Shown here in pieces: positions 52,378 to 64,000 of a DNA stretch of 64,000 bases. The translations under genes and the position numbers were made by a program. The notes under the pieces were generated by a model. The model saw nothing but the letters and a program-made list of their open reading frames with translations, made no database searches and was not told the origin of the DNA. The stretch comes from Lingula anatina (lineage: Eukaryota; Animalia; Brachiopoda), in assembly GCA_051362555.1 (NCBI GenBank), contig CM120642.1, positions 16,988,001-17,052,000 of the forward strand, written 5' to 3'. The first letter of the stretch is position 1. The number at the start of each line of letters is the position of its first letter.

Positions 52378-53875
52378 CTTTCTGGTCGGATGGATGCACT
52401 CTGACCACCGCCATACACGTACATCTCCTTTGAAACACTTTCTCGCCTCTCAGGCATGAAGAGTTCCAATCCAGGCACGGTTACCTCTAGAACTGAGAAT
52501 GCCACTAAAGACGACAATTTTGTTCGTTTATATTCGGCATCGAAAAGTTTCACAAAGTCTTATAATATATTTAATGATTCAATTACCTACCACGAGAGAA
52601 CTTGGACTAGGTATATTGGTAGGCCTAACGCAAGTCAAATAGACCTACGTTTATATGCTAAATATAGGCCTACATAACCTAATGTTCAGCCTGGATCCAT
52701 TCCCCATTTCTTTCTCGTGCGTGAAGTGTTCAGTCTCGGCAGGGAATTATATCGGATATAATTCCATGGTCTCAGCATGTGAATTTGGTGTTTTAGCAGC
52801 TGGCCCGGTTGTTGCTACCCCACGCCTGGCGGATTTTGTTATTGCTGAATGTGTTAGGTGTGCTCCTAAATGAGCAAATTGTGCTGTACCCCCTCCCCCC
52901 GTCTCTCTCTCTCAGCTCCCTTTACTAACCGAGCACATAGAGGGCAACAGGTATCGAACATATAATCCTGGCAGTTGTAGTTCTGGTAGTTCTGGTATAT
53001 ATACACACACACATTCATTGGCCATATAAGTTCAATATAATTCCTAGAAGAAAGCAATATCTCAGGCAGGCATTTAGTAAACTAGCCAACTGATAATTCT
53101 TCTGAAGCCAGTGCAAGGGAGCGAAGTGTGGTCTGCAGCGAAGTCACACTGTACATAAATAGAACCTTTAAACCCTGGACAATGGGTTTTATCTATATTG
53201 CATGATTATGTTTCTCACCTTAACTGGAAATGGATCTTGCAACCTAGGGGTATTGCCTTGGTTATACAAATGAAAGAGATGACTAGTTATGAAATCAACA
53301 AGAAAAAACTGTGAATTATTTGAATTTAATATTAAAGTTTAAATGAGAGTTAAAGGTTGCACATAAAAGAACATTAAAAGGATTATTTACATTTTGAATT
53401 TTAAAATAAAAATAAACATTAAAATAAAACTTAATTTGATTAATTTAAAGAAGTAAAATGACCCCGAAACCACTTGCCATGTTGGTTTGCAGGAGGTGCA
53501 AAAACATTTTTGGCCCCCTTGTACACATAATTTTAATAAAGTTCTCTCTCTCTCTCTCTCTCTCTCCGAATAAAAAAAAAAACAAAAAAACAGTTACAGA
53601 GAAAGTGTATCATAGGCAGAATTGTACTGACAGGCGCCATCTATCAAACAATCGCTCAAGTCGCATTCCTTTCCAGCTCTGGAAGCGCTAGTATCACATC
53701 GGGGTCAAATGCACTGGCCTTGAACCATTACATATCACAGTGAGCGTTGTTTGGCACCGTTTATTCACCAAGTACAGCAAGCAGCCCACACTGCTCAGAG
53801 TGTTTTTTTCACTGGAACCGCCCGCGTTTGCCATACTGTTATTCATGTAGGCGGCTCATCAACAGAAGATATAGG

Positions 53876-54290
53876 ATGAAGCGAATATTCTCTCTGGTGT
53901 TCGTCGGATGTCTCTACTTGGTGCTTCTGCCGTTAGGTGTTAAAGTAGGTCAACAGTGTTTTGGGGGCTTTCGGGGAGGCGTTGTTCGAGTATGCTTCGG
54001 ATGCTCTAAAAGTGATCGAAATATATCTGGTAAGGGGTAAAGGGATAATATTGGGTGAAAGTGGGTATACACTTGGTCGAACGCCTTAAAACCTAATACT
54101 TAAAACCTAATCATGGAACGCCTGGAAAGGAATCAAATTAGTGATAGATAGTTAAAACATACAAGTGTGGGCAACAGCTTTAAATATCAAGAATCATCAG
54201 GCAATGGTCAATTATCGTTATTACCTTATATCAGAGTCTGATTGCAATCCACAACACAAAATAATTCATTTAATTTGTTTGCTGTGCTCT

Positions 54291-54340
<50 letters not shown>

Positions 54341-54903
54341 GGGGGGGGGGTGGAGAGGGTGCACGTTTGGCGCTTTGAATTTAGTTGCAATCACCAAAAT
54401 GACTCACTGTAACATGAAATCGATCTTGTTATTTTACCAAATTAAAACATGACCCATGCGAACATTTAATACTGAAGCGCCTTAAGGTCAACATTCGTGC
54501 TAGCTGCGAGCGATTTTGGTAAATATTGCGTATCTGAAGTAAGTACGCGTGTAAGTTGATCTTTCAGTATTTAATGGGTGCAGACGGCGTTTGGAATTTC
54601 CCTTTATTTTTCCTGTACCCAGATAATGCTGGATAATGTTATTTTGCCAGTTTCTGTTTACAGAGTTAAGTGCCAAATGTTTTACGGCTGTATATCACAT
54701 TATGTCGTCCTGTTTCAGAGTGTGCGTTTATTGAGAACTGAAACAACACTAACAAGGACGTGCTATGATTGTCACCCAGCGATCTGGGGCATGAACATAC
54801 AGATGAAATAAATAAATAAAGAAATAATGAAATTGATTAATTAATAAATAACAAAATATAGATACAGATGGATGTGCAGCTTCAAGGATAATAATTGAAA
54901 AAA

Positions 54904-54946
<43 letters not shown>

Positions 54947-56121
54947 ATGAACAAGAAAAACTAGCACATGACTGAAATGAATTAATGAATGAAGGACGGA
55001 ACAAGTAATACGATATATTAAGTAACAGATAAATAGAAGGTGGAAAATAATTGCTTATTATTATTATTATTATTATTATCAAATATATTTTGATCTAGAC
55101 GGAATCCTCATGTACCTCAGAGCAATGGCCATGCAGTAACGTGTACGCCAGACGTGGTGAAGACGGCAGTCTACGTCGTCGCTCAGGTTACACCACATGT
55201 CAGTGTATCCATGACAACGGACAGTGCAGAAAGACCCTAGGCCCGCAGTTTAACTTCTTAAACTCGCTCACATGGGAGATTGCTACGCGTGGGTTTTTGC
55301 ATGATATAGCAGTAGCAATAGTGTAATTCATTATTTCCAGTGTGTAAAAAATTGTTAGAATCAGCTCCACTTTTTCTGTTCGATTTTCTTTAACTCCGTC
55401 TTAATATTTTGCTTGGCGCGACGCCAACATTCTCAAAATTAACTCGTTCCTGTTGGATTGTGATTGTATAGTAAAGTGTAAATGTGAATCAGTAGATATT
55501 TATATTTCAGTGACAGTTGAGAAATACGTGATACAGTCTTACTACTGTAAACCACTGGATCTTCCTGATCGCACCTGTAAACCAGGGGAGGTAGCAGCTG
55601 GATTTCAAAGCCCGTACGAAGGACACTTGAGTTTCCTTAACTGTACCTGCCCCAACCGAACCGAACCGTTAAAACAGGTGGCAGTGTACAAAATCCCCGG
55701 GATAACGTATCAACATTTTGCTTGTGAGAAGGTAAGGTTTTTGATGCTAGTGATATTTTGAGCCGTCCCCTCTTTTCATTTACTGTACATCTTTTTTTTA
55801 TAGAGGTGATACTCTATTTGTTTGCTTGTTTGTTCTTTCTTATTGTTTCATGTTCAATCACGTAAATACTGTAACTTATGCGATTTGCTTTGATTTTTGT
55901 AGCCTACATGTTCGGTAGCTGACAACGAGTGCGCCCGAGTTTACGGAACGGAGAAAAACGAACACAGGTCAACCGAGTACCCTTGCGATTGCCCGGATGA
56001 TCACGTGTGTCCTTTCACTTTTGTTACTTTCAATGTGGCGTCCGCCGCAGAGTACAGCAAAGACGAGATCGGTCGACAATTTCGTAAAGTCTACTGCGTG
56101 AAGAAAAGTGAATCAGCTTAA
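53876..56121 (+). CDS. Secreted Cys-rich protein, Argos (giant-lens)/U-scoloptoxin(11)-like, 232 aa
   Basis: Exons 53876-53944 (signal peptide MKRIFSLVFVGCLYLVLLPLGVK), 55099-55288, 55511-55731, 55903-56121; 699 nt in phase. Three modules contain CQC, CTCP and CDCP, with 16 Cys in the mature part arranged 6-4-6. Confidence 0.8.
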
Positions 56122-56811
56122 TATTTCATCAGAGAGATAACGTTTGAGATTAGCTGTTGTATCTACATGTAAGCTCCAGGGAAACATTTTTGAACAACAC
56201 CGTTAACAAAGACAAAATAGCACTATATAGTTTCAAATAGTATAAGGTAGAGAAATACCAAATGACATCGTTTCAGATTTCCTGGAGAAATAATATTAGA
56301 ACGTATATTTTCTGCTTTCTTTCTGTGTATACCGGTATGTATCATTTATTTAACTTTAACTAGCTAGAGGGACGGATAAATAGGTCAATTTCCGATCAGA
56401 AATTTGAAGAAGGCGCATATTTTAAACTAGTTTTGGCAGCAAGAAGGATTAGTTTGGTTAAGAACTATATTTAAAAAGGAATGCGTTTACTGGGAATCCA
56501 CGATCGCTTTAAGTGTAACTTCCACATTGGAAAATGCAGGAAGAACAAAACTACATGTATATGCAGGGAAAATCAGGTCGTAACGGAACTATTTTTACAT
56601 GTATTGTATATTTTAATATAATGAACATAATAAATAAGTGAAATGCTAGCGCAATTTTCTTTGACAAACTTTTATTATAAAGATATCAAAACAATAGCAG
56701 CAACCGGTGTACAATTTAATGTGACTGTTTGCAAAAATTCCCCATTTAATTAAGTCTAAATATATTCTAGTAAGCGAAGCCGTACCTAAAGAACTGATGA
56801 AAAAACTTTTT

Positions 56812-56857
<46 letters not shown>

Positions 56858-57491
56858 AAAACAGAAAATGGGTCTGTGTGCATGGGGGGGGGGGGGGAGA
56901 GAGAGAGAGAGCTCATTTTCTCAAATTTCTGGCAAAATGAAAATCCCTTCGCACCCTTCAACAAGACCTCACAGGGTTCGTTTGCGTATATTACACAACA
57001 AGCCTACGTAAGGAGTGTACTGTAGAACCTCCACCAGTATATACGTGACGTTGTGGTGACAAAAAAGAAGAAAATTTTCCATGTATTTTCTATGTCAAAT
57101 TTACAGTTGAGGTTGGAAATCAGTGAATCTCTACTTGGATGCAGAAGTAATAGATCCAGTCGTTAAGACTTAAACAAGGGTGCCATGTGCAATGTGCAAT
57201 GTGCATGCCATCGTATCGATTGTAAGCTTCTATCACAATGTACAATGTAAGCGCTCTGTCATATTATATCATATCATATAATATTATATCATATCACATC
57301 ATATCGTATCAATATTTTAGTTTCTTCTTTGGTCCAGGATAATAAATAGACAAGTCAGTTTTGTTAGTTTTAAAATAACGTGTTATATTTAAAAGAAAAT
57401 GAAAAAGTCCAAATAACTCATTCGCCGTCTTCCCAACTGGGAATACGTTTTACTATTAGCCCTCTGCTGCTCAGGCTTGTAAAAAAAACGT

Positions 57492-58304
57492 TTAAACTTG
57501 GGTTATCTTCAATTTCAAGTCTGATAATTTTCTTGTTATATTTGGAAAAATGTGTTTGCTTTTCATGTACCCTATAAACTGTTCTGGGATCTCGGCAAGC
57601 ACCTCTTTCGCAAGAAGTTGGCTGTTTATAGCGTTGTCTCGGGAAGGATCGAGGAAGTCTCGGAAGGCAACAAACTGAAAAGAAGAGAAAACATTTTAAA
57701 TGATCAAGGAGATATCAAGTTACGCCTATTCATTGGTGCACTGAAAACACAAAATATCATTGAATAAAAGTTGCTGAGGCATACAGTTACGTCAAGCATT
57801 GAACAGTAGGTAGAGGGGCGTGGGTTTTAAAAAAAGTTGAAACAGTTAAGGTTTATCTCATGATGTTGATGATAAAAAATCATCAGCACTTGCTACGAGA
57901 AAAATGAAAGACACTGTCAGAAATGAAAAAAGTCGGAAAATGTGAGTTGAAACCAACATTTCGTTCATCCAATCTTTCTGACAATTGTCTACGTACATGT
58001 ACCATGATATGAGTCTCATTAGAAAAAAGTTTTCAAGTGAACTGGTTGGTTCACTGAATGGGAACACACATTTTTTAATCTTTCTATACACGGGTAGTTA
58101 AAATTAAAGTTTAAGGATATCATAACGTGAACTGGGCTAAAATAATTCAAAAATTCTTTCAAGTCTAACTGATGAACATTTACTACTTCTACTACTTCTA
58201 CAGTAATTAATACCAGTAAAGCAACCGTACCTGCACAATATCTCTCTCTGCCACTTGTCCCTTAAAAGACACTCGTTTGTGGTCACCATCCAAGATGATC
58301 ATAG
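57492..58304 (-). CDS. CPNE8: Copine (CPNE5/8/9-like), last two coding exons
   Basis: Exon 58304-58231 encodes (A)MIILDGDHKRVSFKGQVAERDIVQ. Exon 57674-57492 encodes FVAFRDFLDPSRDNAINSQLLAKEVLAEIPEQFIGYMKSKHIFPNITRKLSDLKLKITQV*. This is the copine VWA C-terminal signature LDGD..RDIVQFV.FR..LAKEVLAEIP.Q..YM. Upstream exons were not found in the window, and the paralog number is approximate. Confidence 0.88.
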
Positions 58305-58401
58305 CTGAAAGAGCTGGAAATTTGTATTATCTATTACATACCATGGCGGTTGTCAACCTCAGCGGGCCCGGGCACTGTGAACGCCACACGTATGTTAGTA
58401 A

Positions 58402-58896
58402 GAGACCATTGCCACAGATATTTAGATCGATCTTTTCCCCTGGGGAGTCTCCCTAGATTGCTGTCAGCTTAACCGACTTAAATGTCTGTCCCGCCTACTA
58501 AAAGCTGTAAGGGGGTAATTGACTTTTGTGCGCGCTAGTTCCCCGGAAGCTGACAGCAATTTAGCGTGAACCCCCAGGGAGTTAGGTCGATCCAGATGGA
58601 TCGATCTAAATCTGTGGGAACCCAGTCTATAAGATCCAATTCCCATAACTAGATCGATCTAGCAGGTTCGACCCATCGTCGAGGGGATTTTGCCTAAATT
58701 GCATTCAGCTTAAGCGGCGTAGGTGTCTGGCACGCGTGCTGAAATTGCTAAACAATGGTTTTAAAATTACCCCCTATCAGCTTCAGTAGGTGTGCCAGAC
58801 ATCTAAGCCACTTAAGCTGAATGCAATTTAATGAGAATCCCCTCGAAGATAAATTGATCATGCTCGATCGATCTACCTAGGTATGGAAACGGGGTC
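58402..58896. mobile_element. Two adjacent family-A MITEs
   Basis: Copies at 58402-58627 and 58633-58896, separated by TATAA; outer flanks are TAA and TTA. Confidence 0.88.
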
Positions 58897-59029
58897 TTAC
58901 ACAATGCAAAGGGAACTGTCTATTAATAAATTTAATAAAAAATTGTCTATGAATACATTTATAAATAAATTATCTGTTTACTCTCGGAAGGGATTCATTT
59001 GAACTACTCCTTGTTATGAATTTCACTAA

Positions 59030-60171
59030 GGCCACACTTTTTTATTTTTATGGATGACATCCTCTGGGGACCCCAAAGTCGGTGCGAGCGGGCGAAAAAA
59101 AAAAAAAAAAACAGTCCAAAAAAAAAAAACTGCTTAAGAAAAGTTATGTTTTCAGTACACAGCTGGAAACACTAATTTACCACAGAAACACGTATCAAAC
59201 TAACAACATGTCTTTATCTATGCTCTCAAAATATTAAAGCTTTGTGAATAGGGCCTATTTCGTAGAAAGGTAAAAAGTCATGAATATATATGCTGCATAT
59301 TACCAAATCTATTTAAGATTATTTCATGCATTCTGTTGGTATAGCATCCAATAAAACAAATATCAAATAAACAGTGTGTCTTAATTTGTACTCTCAGAAA
59401 ATTAAAGCATTGTTAACACTTCACAGAATTGTTAAAAAAAATGAAGCAAAGATAGGCCTATGCTTCCTACTACTAAGGTAATTTCGGTCGATGCCATTTT
59501 GTCTACTTCGACTCAAACGCTAGCAGCCAACTATCGGGTGGCCTGTCCGACCTTCAGTCCACCAAATACCACGACGCTCTTGTCGACCCTTTTTTCGCTC
59601 CAAAAAGAAACTGGTATGTGCTGCTTTGGACAGAATGTCACTGAAATTTTCCGGGCGATGATCGCTGGCCGCGGCCAGCCTTTCGTATAATTGTAAAAGG
59701 GTGATATCTCCATGTCCAATATCAATGGCAAACCAATCCAAAAAGACGGCCCCCGTTCTCTTTATGACTTTAATTGTCGTGTATTTTGAAATTAAAGCAA
59801 TAATAACTCTTCGTTTCGGCCAAAAAATGAATTTTCCTGGAGTAAACAACAATTTTCCCATACTTACCAATGGTTAATGAATCCATTTTTACATTCAAAG
59901 TTAGTCCCTGGTTTTTTTCTAAAAAGTTTGGTTTTTTGTTAAAATCTCTTAAGAGCTTGCGGAATTAGCCGAGAATTGCCGATTGCATTTTCCTGCAAAT
60001 TCAAGAACGATGTTTGCGACAACCAACTTCCTTGGGGGGGGGGGGGGGGGGGGGGGGGAGGGGGGGGGGAGCGGTTTGGGGGGGGGTATTTTTTTTTTTT
60101 TTTTTTTTGGAGAACGGACGAAAATCGGTGCGCGCGCAGGATGTCATCCATAAAATTAAAAAAGTGTGGCC
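59030..60171. mobile_element. 1.14-kb non-autonomous DNA transposon, ~34-bp TIRs, TAA TSD
   Basis: TAA|GGCCACACTTTTTTATTTTTATGGATGACATCCT ... AGGATGTCATCCATAAAATTAAAAAAGTGTGGCC|TAA. No transposase ORF inside. Confidence 0.9.
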
Positions 60172-60607
60172 TAAGAAGTATAAGTGTCTCTTACAAAACA
60201 TTAGAAATATTAATTTGTCAATCGCAACAACATGCAGACGGTTTCTTTACAAAAAAAATGTTGATGTGACTTGCCTTCAAAGTCTTCGTTTCCAATTCCA
60301 ACAATGATTATAGACATCGGTAATTTTGCGGCCTAGAATACAAGAAAACCGTTATGTTAATACACTGCGGGTATGGAATTATTTTTACCGTCATATTCCC
60401 CATTTCAGTTCCAAAGAGCACAATTATATATATACATTGCTTTAGTATTGATCACACAAAGAATAAACAAAGAATAAACTGTTCATTAAATCGACTTATA
60501 CAAGTTACAAAATGGCAAAAAATTACATTCATTTATCCCTTTCAAAATTCCTCCATTGAGCAGTGAGTGGATGAGATGGCACGTACTAAACAGTTCCGCA
60601 CTTGTAA

Positions 60608-60859
60608 GACCCTGTTGCCACGCCTAGATCGATCTAGTAGGATCAACCCATCTCCTAGCGGTTTCTGGCTTAATTGCTTTAGCTTAAGAGGCTCTGATGT
60701 CTGGCACGCCTACTGAAGCTAGGGAGTAATTAACTATGATTTAGTAGCTTCAGTAGGCGTGCCAGACATCTAAGCCGCTTAAGCTGCAAGCAATTGAGGG
60801 AGAATCCCCTCGGAGATGGATCGATCCTGCTAGATTGATCTAGGTTTGGGAATAGGGTC
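60608..60859. mobile_element. Family-A MITE, highly symmetric copy
   Basis: TAA|GACCCTGTTGCCA ... TGGGAATAGGGTC|TAA, with arms gatgtctggcacgcctactgaagct / agcttcagtaggcgtgccagacatc. Confidence 0.9.
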
Positions 60860-62490
60860 TAAATGACCCACCTATGAAAATGCAGGGGCAGCCTGAGGCC
60901 GTTACCATATCAGTGACTGGACTAAGGAAAATTTTGTTGTGAGCTGTCTTAGGCTAATTACATGTACCAAGGAGAAGTCCATAACGTAACGATTAAAAAC
61001 ATTTTTATTAAAAGGGAAAAGCATTTGTTCTAAGACAGACAGAACTGTAAGTAAGATAAATGAGACAATTTTTTAATGATGATCATAAGTGTGATACCTG
61101 CCCATAATATTATAGGTTAGTTCAGTGTAGATTCTGAAAATTGGCATAAATAATTTTTTTTTTGCTAAAAATTCCCATTTTCAGAAAATTTTGGCTCGTT
61201 TGACCTTGAAAGATAGGTCAAATCCAAGGGCATATTTGAAATCTTCACATATGACTATTGGTAAGCCATCTGTAGTAACTTTTCCCATAATTCCTTCAGT
61301 TTGCGAGATATAAACCATCCAATTTTGCAAATTTTGGACAAGGGTGCACTGTGATGACGGCGACACCTAGACCAGAGCACCAACAGTGCCCAAAGAGATG
61401 ACATTATGTGTGACCTAAATCCAAGAGATGGGTACACAGGCCCTTGTTGTCTAGAAGGAGAAGCGGTAACAATGAAATGTTGGTGGATATGGCAGACGTG
61501 TCGATACTAAAACCATGTGTACTGCCAGCGTCACTTGTGGTACAATAATGTGCAACAGGTAACATCTACATTCAGAAAATGTAAATTATATACAGCTTCA
61601 GGCCCATGGAATTTCAAAGTCAGACTTTGAAATTGCCAATTTGTGGAAAAAAAATGCATGACTTCAATTAATAGAATTTAATGAAATGGGTTTTCCAACT
61701 TGAGCAGTATTTAAATCATAATTAAGAGCCATTCTGGCAAGTTTTTGAATAAATAAAAATGTTTTCCTTTTCTGTGTTTACGACTGTGCACCAAAATTCT
61801 ACATGTAATCATATCAAAATTGGCAAGAGAACAAGTTTTGTTTTTCTCTAGTGCGTTTGCTGGAATGTTCCCCGAGATAAACAAAAAATATGATAATACT
61901 AAATTCTGAGAACTTTCTTTACCATAATGTACAGCAGCAAAACTGCCTGATATGTCTGTGTCCCAGATTAAAGCACTGTTGATGTGTTATTTTTGGCTAA
62001 GAATTAAAGAGTGGGATACACAGCAGTTTCTGGAAAAAAAAATAATAAGTACGGGAAAATTGCCCTTTACCCCAGAAAAATCTATTTTTTGGCCAAAATG
62101 AACAGTTGTTATCCCTTTAAAATACACAGTAATGTCTGAAAATACAAAATTTTTGTTATAATAAGACAAATCCATCCCCTTTCACATGAAGCACCGCCCT
62201 TGTAATCCAGCGTGCTTTCATTAACGGCACACCTACTAAAGTAACAAAAATTGCTCTTCGTTGCAAATTCTGATGGGTGAAGAAAATGGGTTGCATTTGT
62301 TGTGTGTTTTATCAACTTCAGTACTTCAGTATCATCTCCAATACATGTGAACCATACAGAGCTTTCATGTTGGGATTTAAATACCTGAAATACACTCTGC
62401 TTTTCAGAACAACAATGTGTATGGGAATCCTGTCAACTGTACACACACCAACATTTTTCTAGATCACTTAGCCATGAATAATGCATGAAA

Positions 62491-62542
<52 letters not shown>

Positions 62543-62626
62543 CCTGAGTGAGTTTTATCCCACTTTTTGATATATAATATAATATAATGACAAAATTATT
62601 AAACTAAAAACTAAAAAAAAGCCTGG

Positions 62627-62868
62627 TGAAGAGTTGCAAAAACGACTGGGTCACAAGCCTTGAGAACTGAGAGTGCCACCAAAGACGATATTTTATTCGT
62701 TTGTATTCGACGACTATTTAAGAACGAAAACAATTGTCGTCTGAAAGTTTCTAAAACTTGTCTTATAATATTTTTAATGATTCAATCAACTCCAAAGAGA
62801 ACTCAGACTACTGGTAGGCCTACCTCAAGTTAAATATGTTTCTATTTTAAATTTATATGTAGGCCTAT
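62627..62868 (+). repeat. Diverged copy of the region upstream of MAIP1 (52457-52675)
   Basis: Shared blocks: tgaagagtt(c/g)caa, agaactgaga(a/g)tgccac(t/c)aaagacga, gtcttataatat(a/t)tttaatgattcaat, tggtaggccta, taggccta. Confidence 0.8.
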
Positions 62869-63057
62869 TCTTCTTCTTCATGTGCCATCACCAATGCGGT
62901 GTTTGACGAACGTTGATATTTTGCCAAAGGGTTCTGTATCTCGCCCATGACCAAAGGTGTCTTGTTGGTAATTCAAAATTGTCAAGGAAAGGCTTTTGTT
63001 GTCTGCCTCGAGTAGGCCTAGTTTTGCTGAGTTGAGCCCTAAATGACCATCTATCTA

Positions 63058-64000
63058 CACACACTGGACAAAAGAAGTGTCACCCCCTAACTCAGAGTAA
63101 TAAAAGTAGGCAGATCTTGGGTAATTATAATGTCTGGTCTACTTATAATGTGACTAATGAGTACAAAACCGCTGTACCATGGGATTGTATTGTTGGTCTT
63201 GTACATGTACAGCAAATGTTATTCCTGTCTTCCTCCAATATGGCAAGATAAGGCAATTATCTAACGGTTAAAGGTGCAAGTTATTAACCTGAAGAGGCGG
63301 AATATAAGCAATGTCAGTATATCGATACAATTGAATTGTTTAGTCAGAACCGTGCAGAGGGTCTGGTCTCGGTATAGAAACACTGGATCAAGAGACAAAT
63401 TAACGCTGATGGGTCGTCCAAGAAAAACTACTGGCCGTGAAGACCGACGACTGATTTTGATGTCCAGGTTGTCAAAGTTCGATACTGCTTGTCAGTTGAC
63501 AACACAGTGGAAAAATTTCACACATAAGAATGTGTCTGTGAAAAATGCTAGGCGTCGGTTACATGCTCATAGAGTGTACATCAGGGTAGCAAGACTGAAA
63601 CCTCTTATATCTTTACAAAACAGGCAACGTAGAGTGAACTAGGGTCAACAGGATCTGGAACTGGACAGTCCATGACAATTGGTCCTATATATTTTTTCTG
63701 ATGAGTGTCGCTTTGGTCTGACCTCTGTTGCTGGTAAAGCATTTGAACCACATGTACTGAATTTTCGAACCCGGAGCAGCATATTCATCATGGTGTGGGG
63801 CTGCATCAGCATCCATGGCGTGGGCAAATTGATTGTGGTTGATGAAAACATGAATCACTAGAAATATATCGATGTTTTGGAGTCAGGCTTGCTACCATCT
63901 ATTACTAACATGTTTGGTGACAGGAATTATCCATTTGTTCACCAGGATGACAATGTTCCTTGTCACAGGACCAGAGCAGTTGATGATTGGTTTGACCAAC
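63058..64000 (+). mobile_element. Tc1/mariner element with a disrupted Tc1-type transposase (runs off the window)
   Basis: Terminus TA|CACACACTGGACAAAAGAAGTG. Translation gives an HTH with RTVQRVWSRYRNTGS; GRPRKTTGREDRRL; VSVKNARRRLH; KPLIS; IFSDECRFGL; MVWGCIS; HQDDNVPCHRTRAV. In-frame stops occur at ~63640 and ~63859. Confidence 0.92.

Noticed and set aside
54719-54811. Candidate extra exon of the Cys-rich secreted gene (SVRLLRTETTLTR)
   Set aside because: Good acceptor but no in-phase GT donor; exon 1 joins 55099 in frame without it.
57990-58054. Minus-strand segment beginning with in-frame TGA after an acceptor-like site (selenocysteine idea)
   Set aside because: It lies in the copine intron, and the real exons join in frame without it.
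58342-58390. Minus-strand GPAEVD segment resembling the preceding copine exon (GPAEFD)
   Set aside because: It would need a ~37-nt intron and lacks the conserved LPMSIIIVGVG; likely chance.
61181-62390. Minus-strand exon-like segments with faint glycosyltransferase- or protease-like words
   Set aside because: No consistent spliced frame or convincing family motif, so not called as CDS.

Overview
This is AT-rich, intron-containing animal genomic DNA, most likely a marine invertebrate or lophotrochozoan; the species cannot be fixed from sequence alone. Exons were threaded by hand using GT-AG boundaries and phase. Six protein-coding loci result: (1) a 10-exon uncharacterised protein with an N-terminal PPxY motif, four ~90-100 aa repeats and a C-terminal CaaX box (5697-12621, +); (2) a CNBD2-like cyclic-nucleotide-binding protein behind an RFX X-box (17208-34349, +); (3) a DEG/ENaC channel with two candidate first exons and an 8x55-bp tandem repeat of one exon-intron junction (36750-48405, +); (4) an intronless MAIP1 (51436-52377, -); (5) a secreted three-module Cys-rich Argos/scoloptoxin-11-like protein (53876-56121, +); (6) the last two exons of a copine (57492-58304, -). 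Mobile DNA includes decayed ISL2EU/Harbinger-type and Tc1 transposases, a LINE tail, about 13 copies of a palindromic TWA-targeting MITE (nested, and one inside a splice donor), other MITE families and an antisense U2 snRNA 5' fragment. No prokaryote-type systems such as CRISPR were found. All family assignments come from motif recognition, not database searches.
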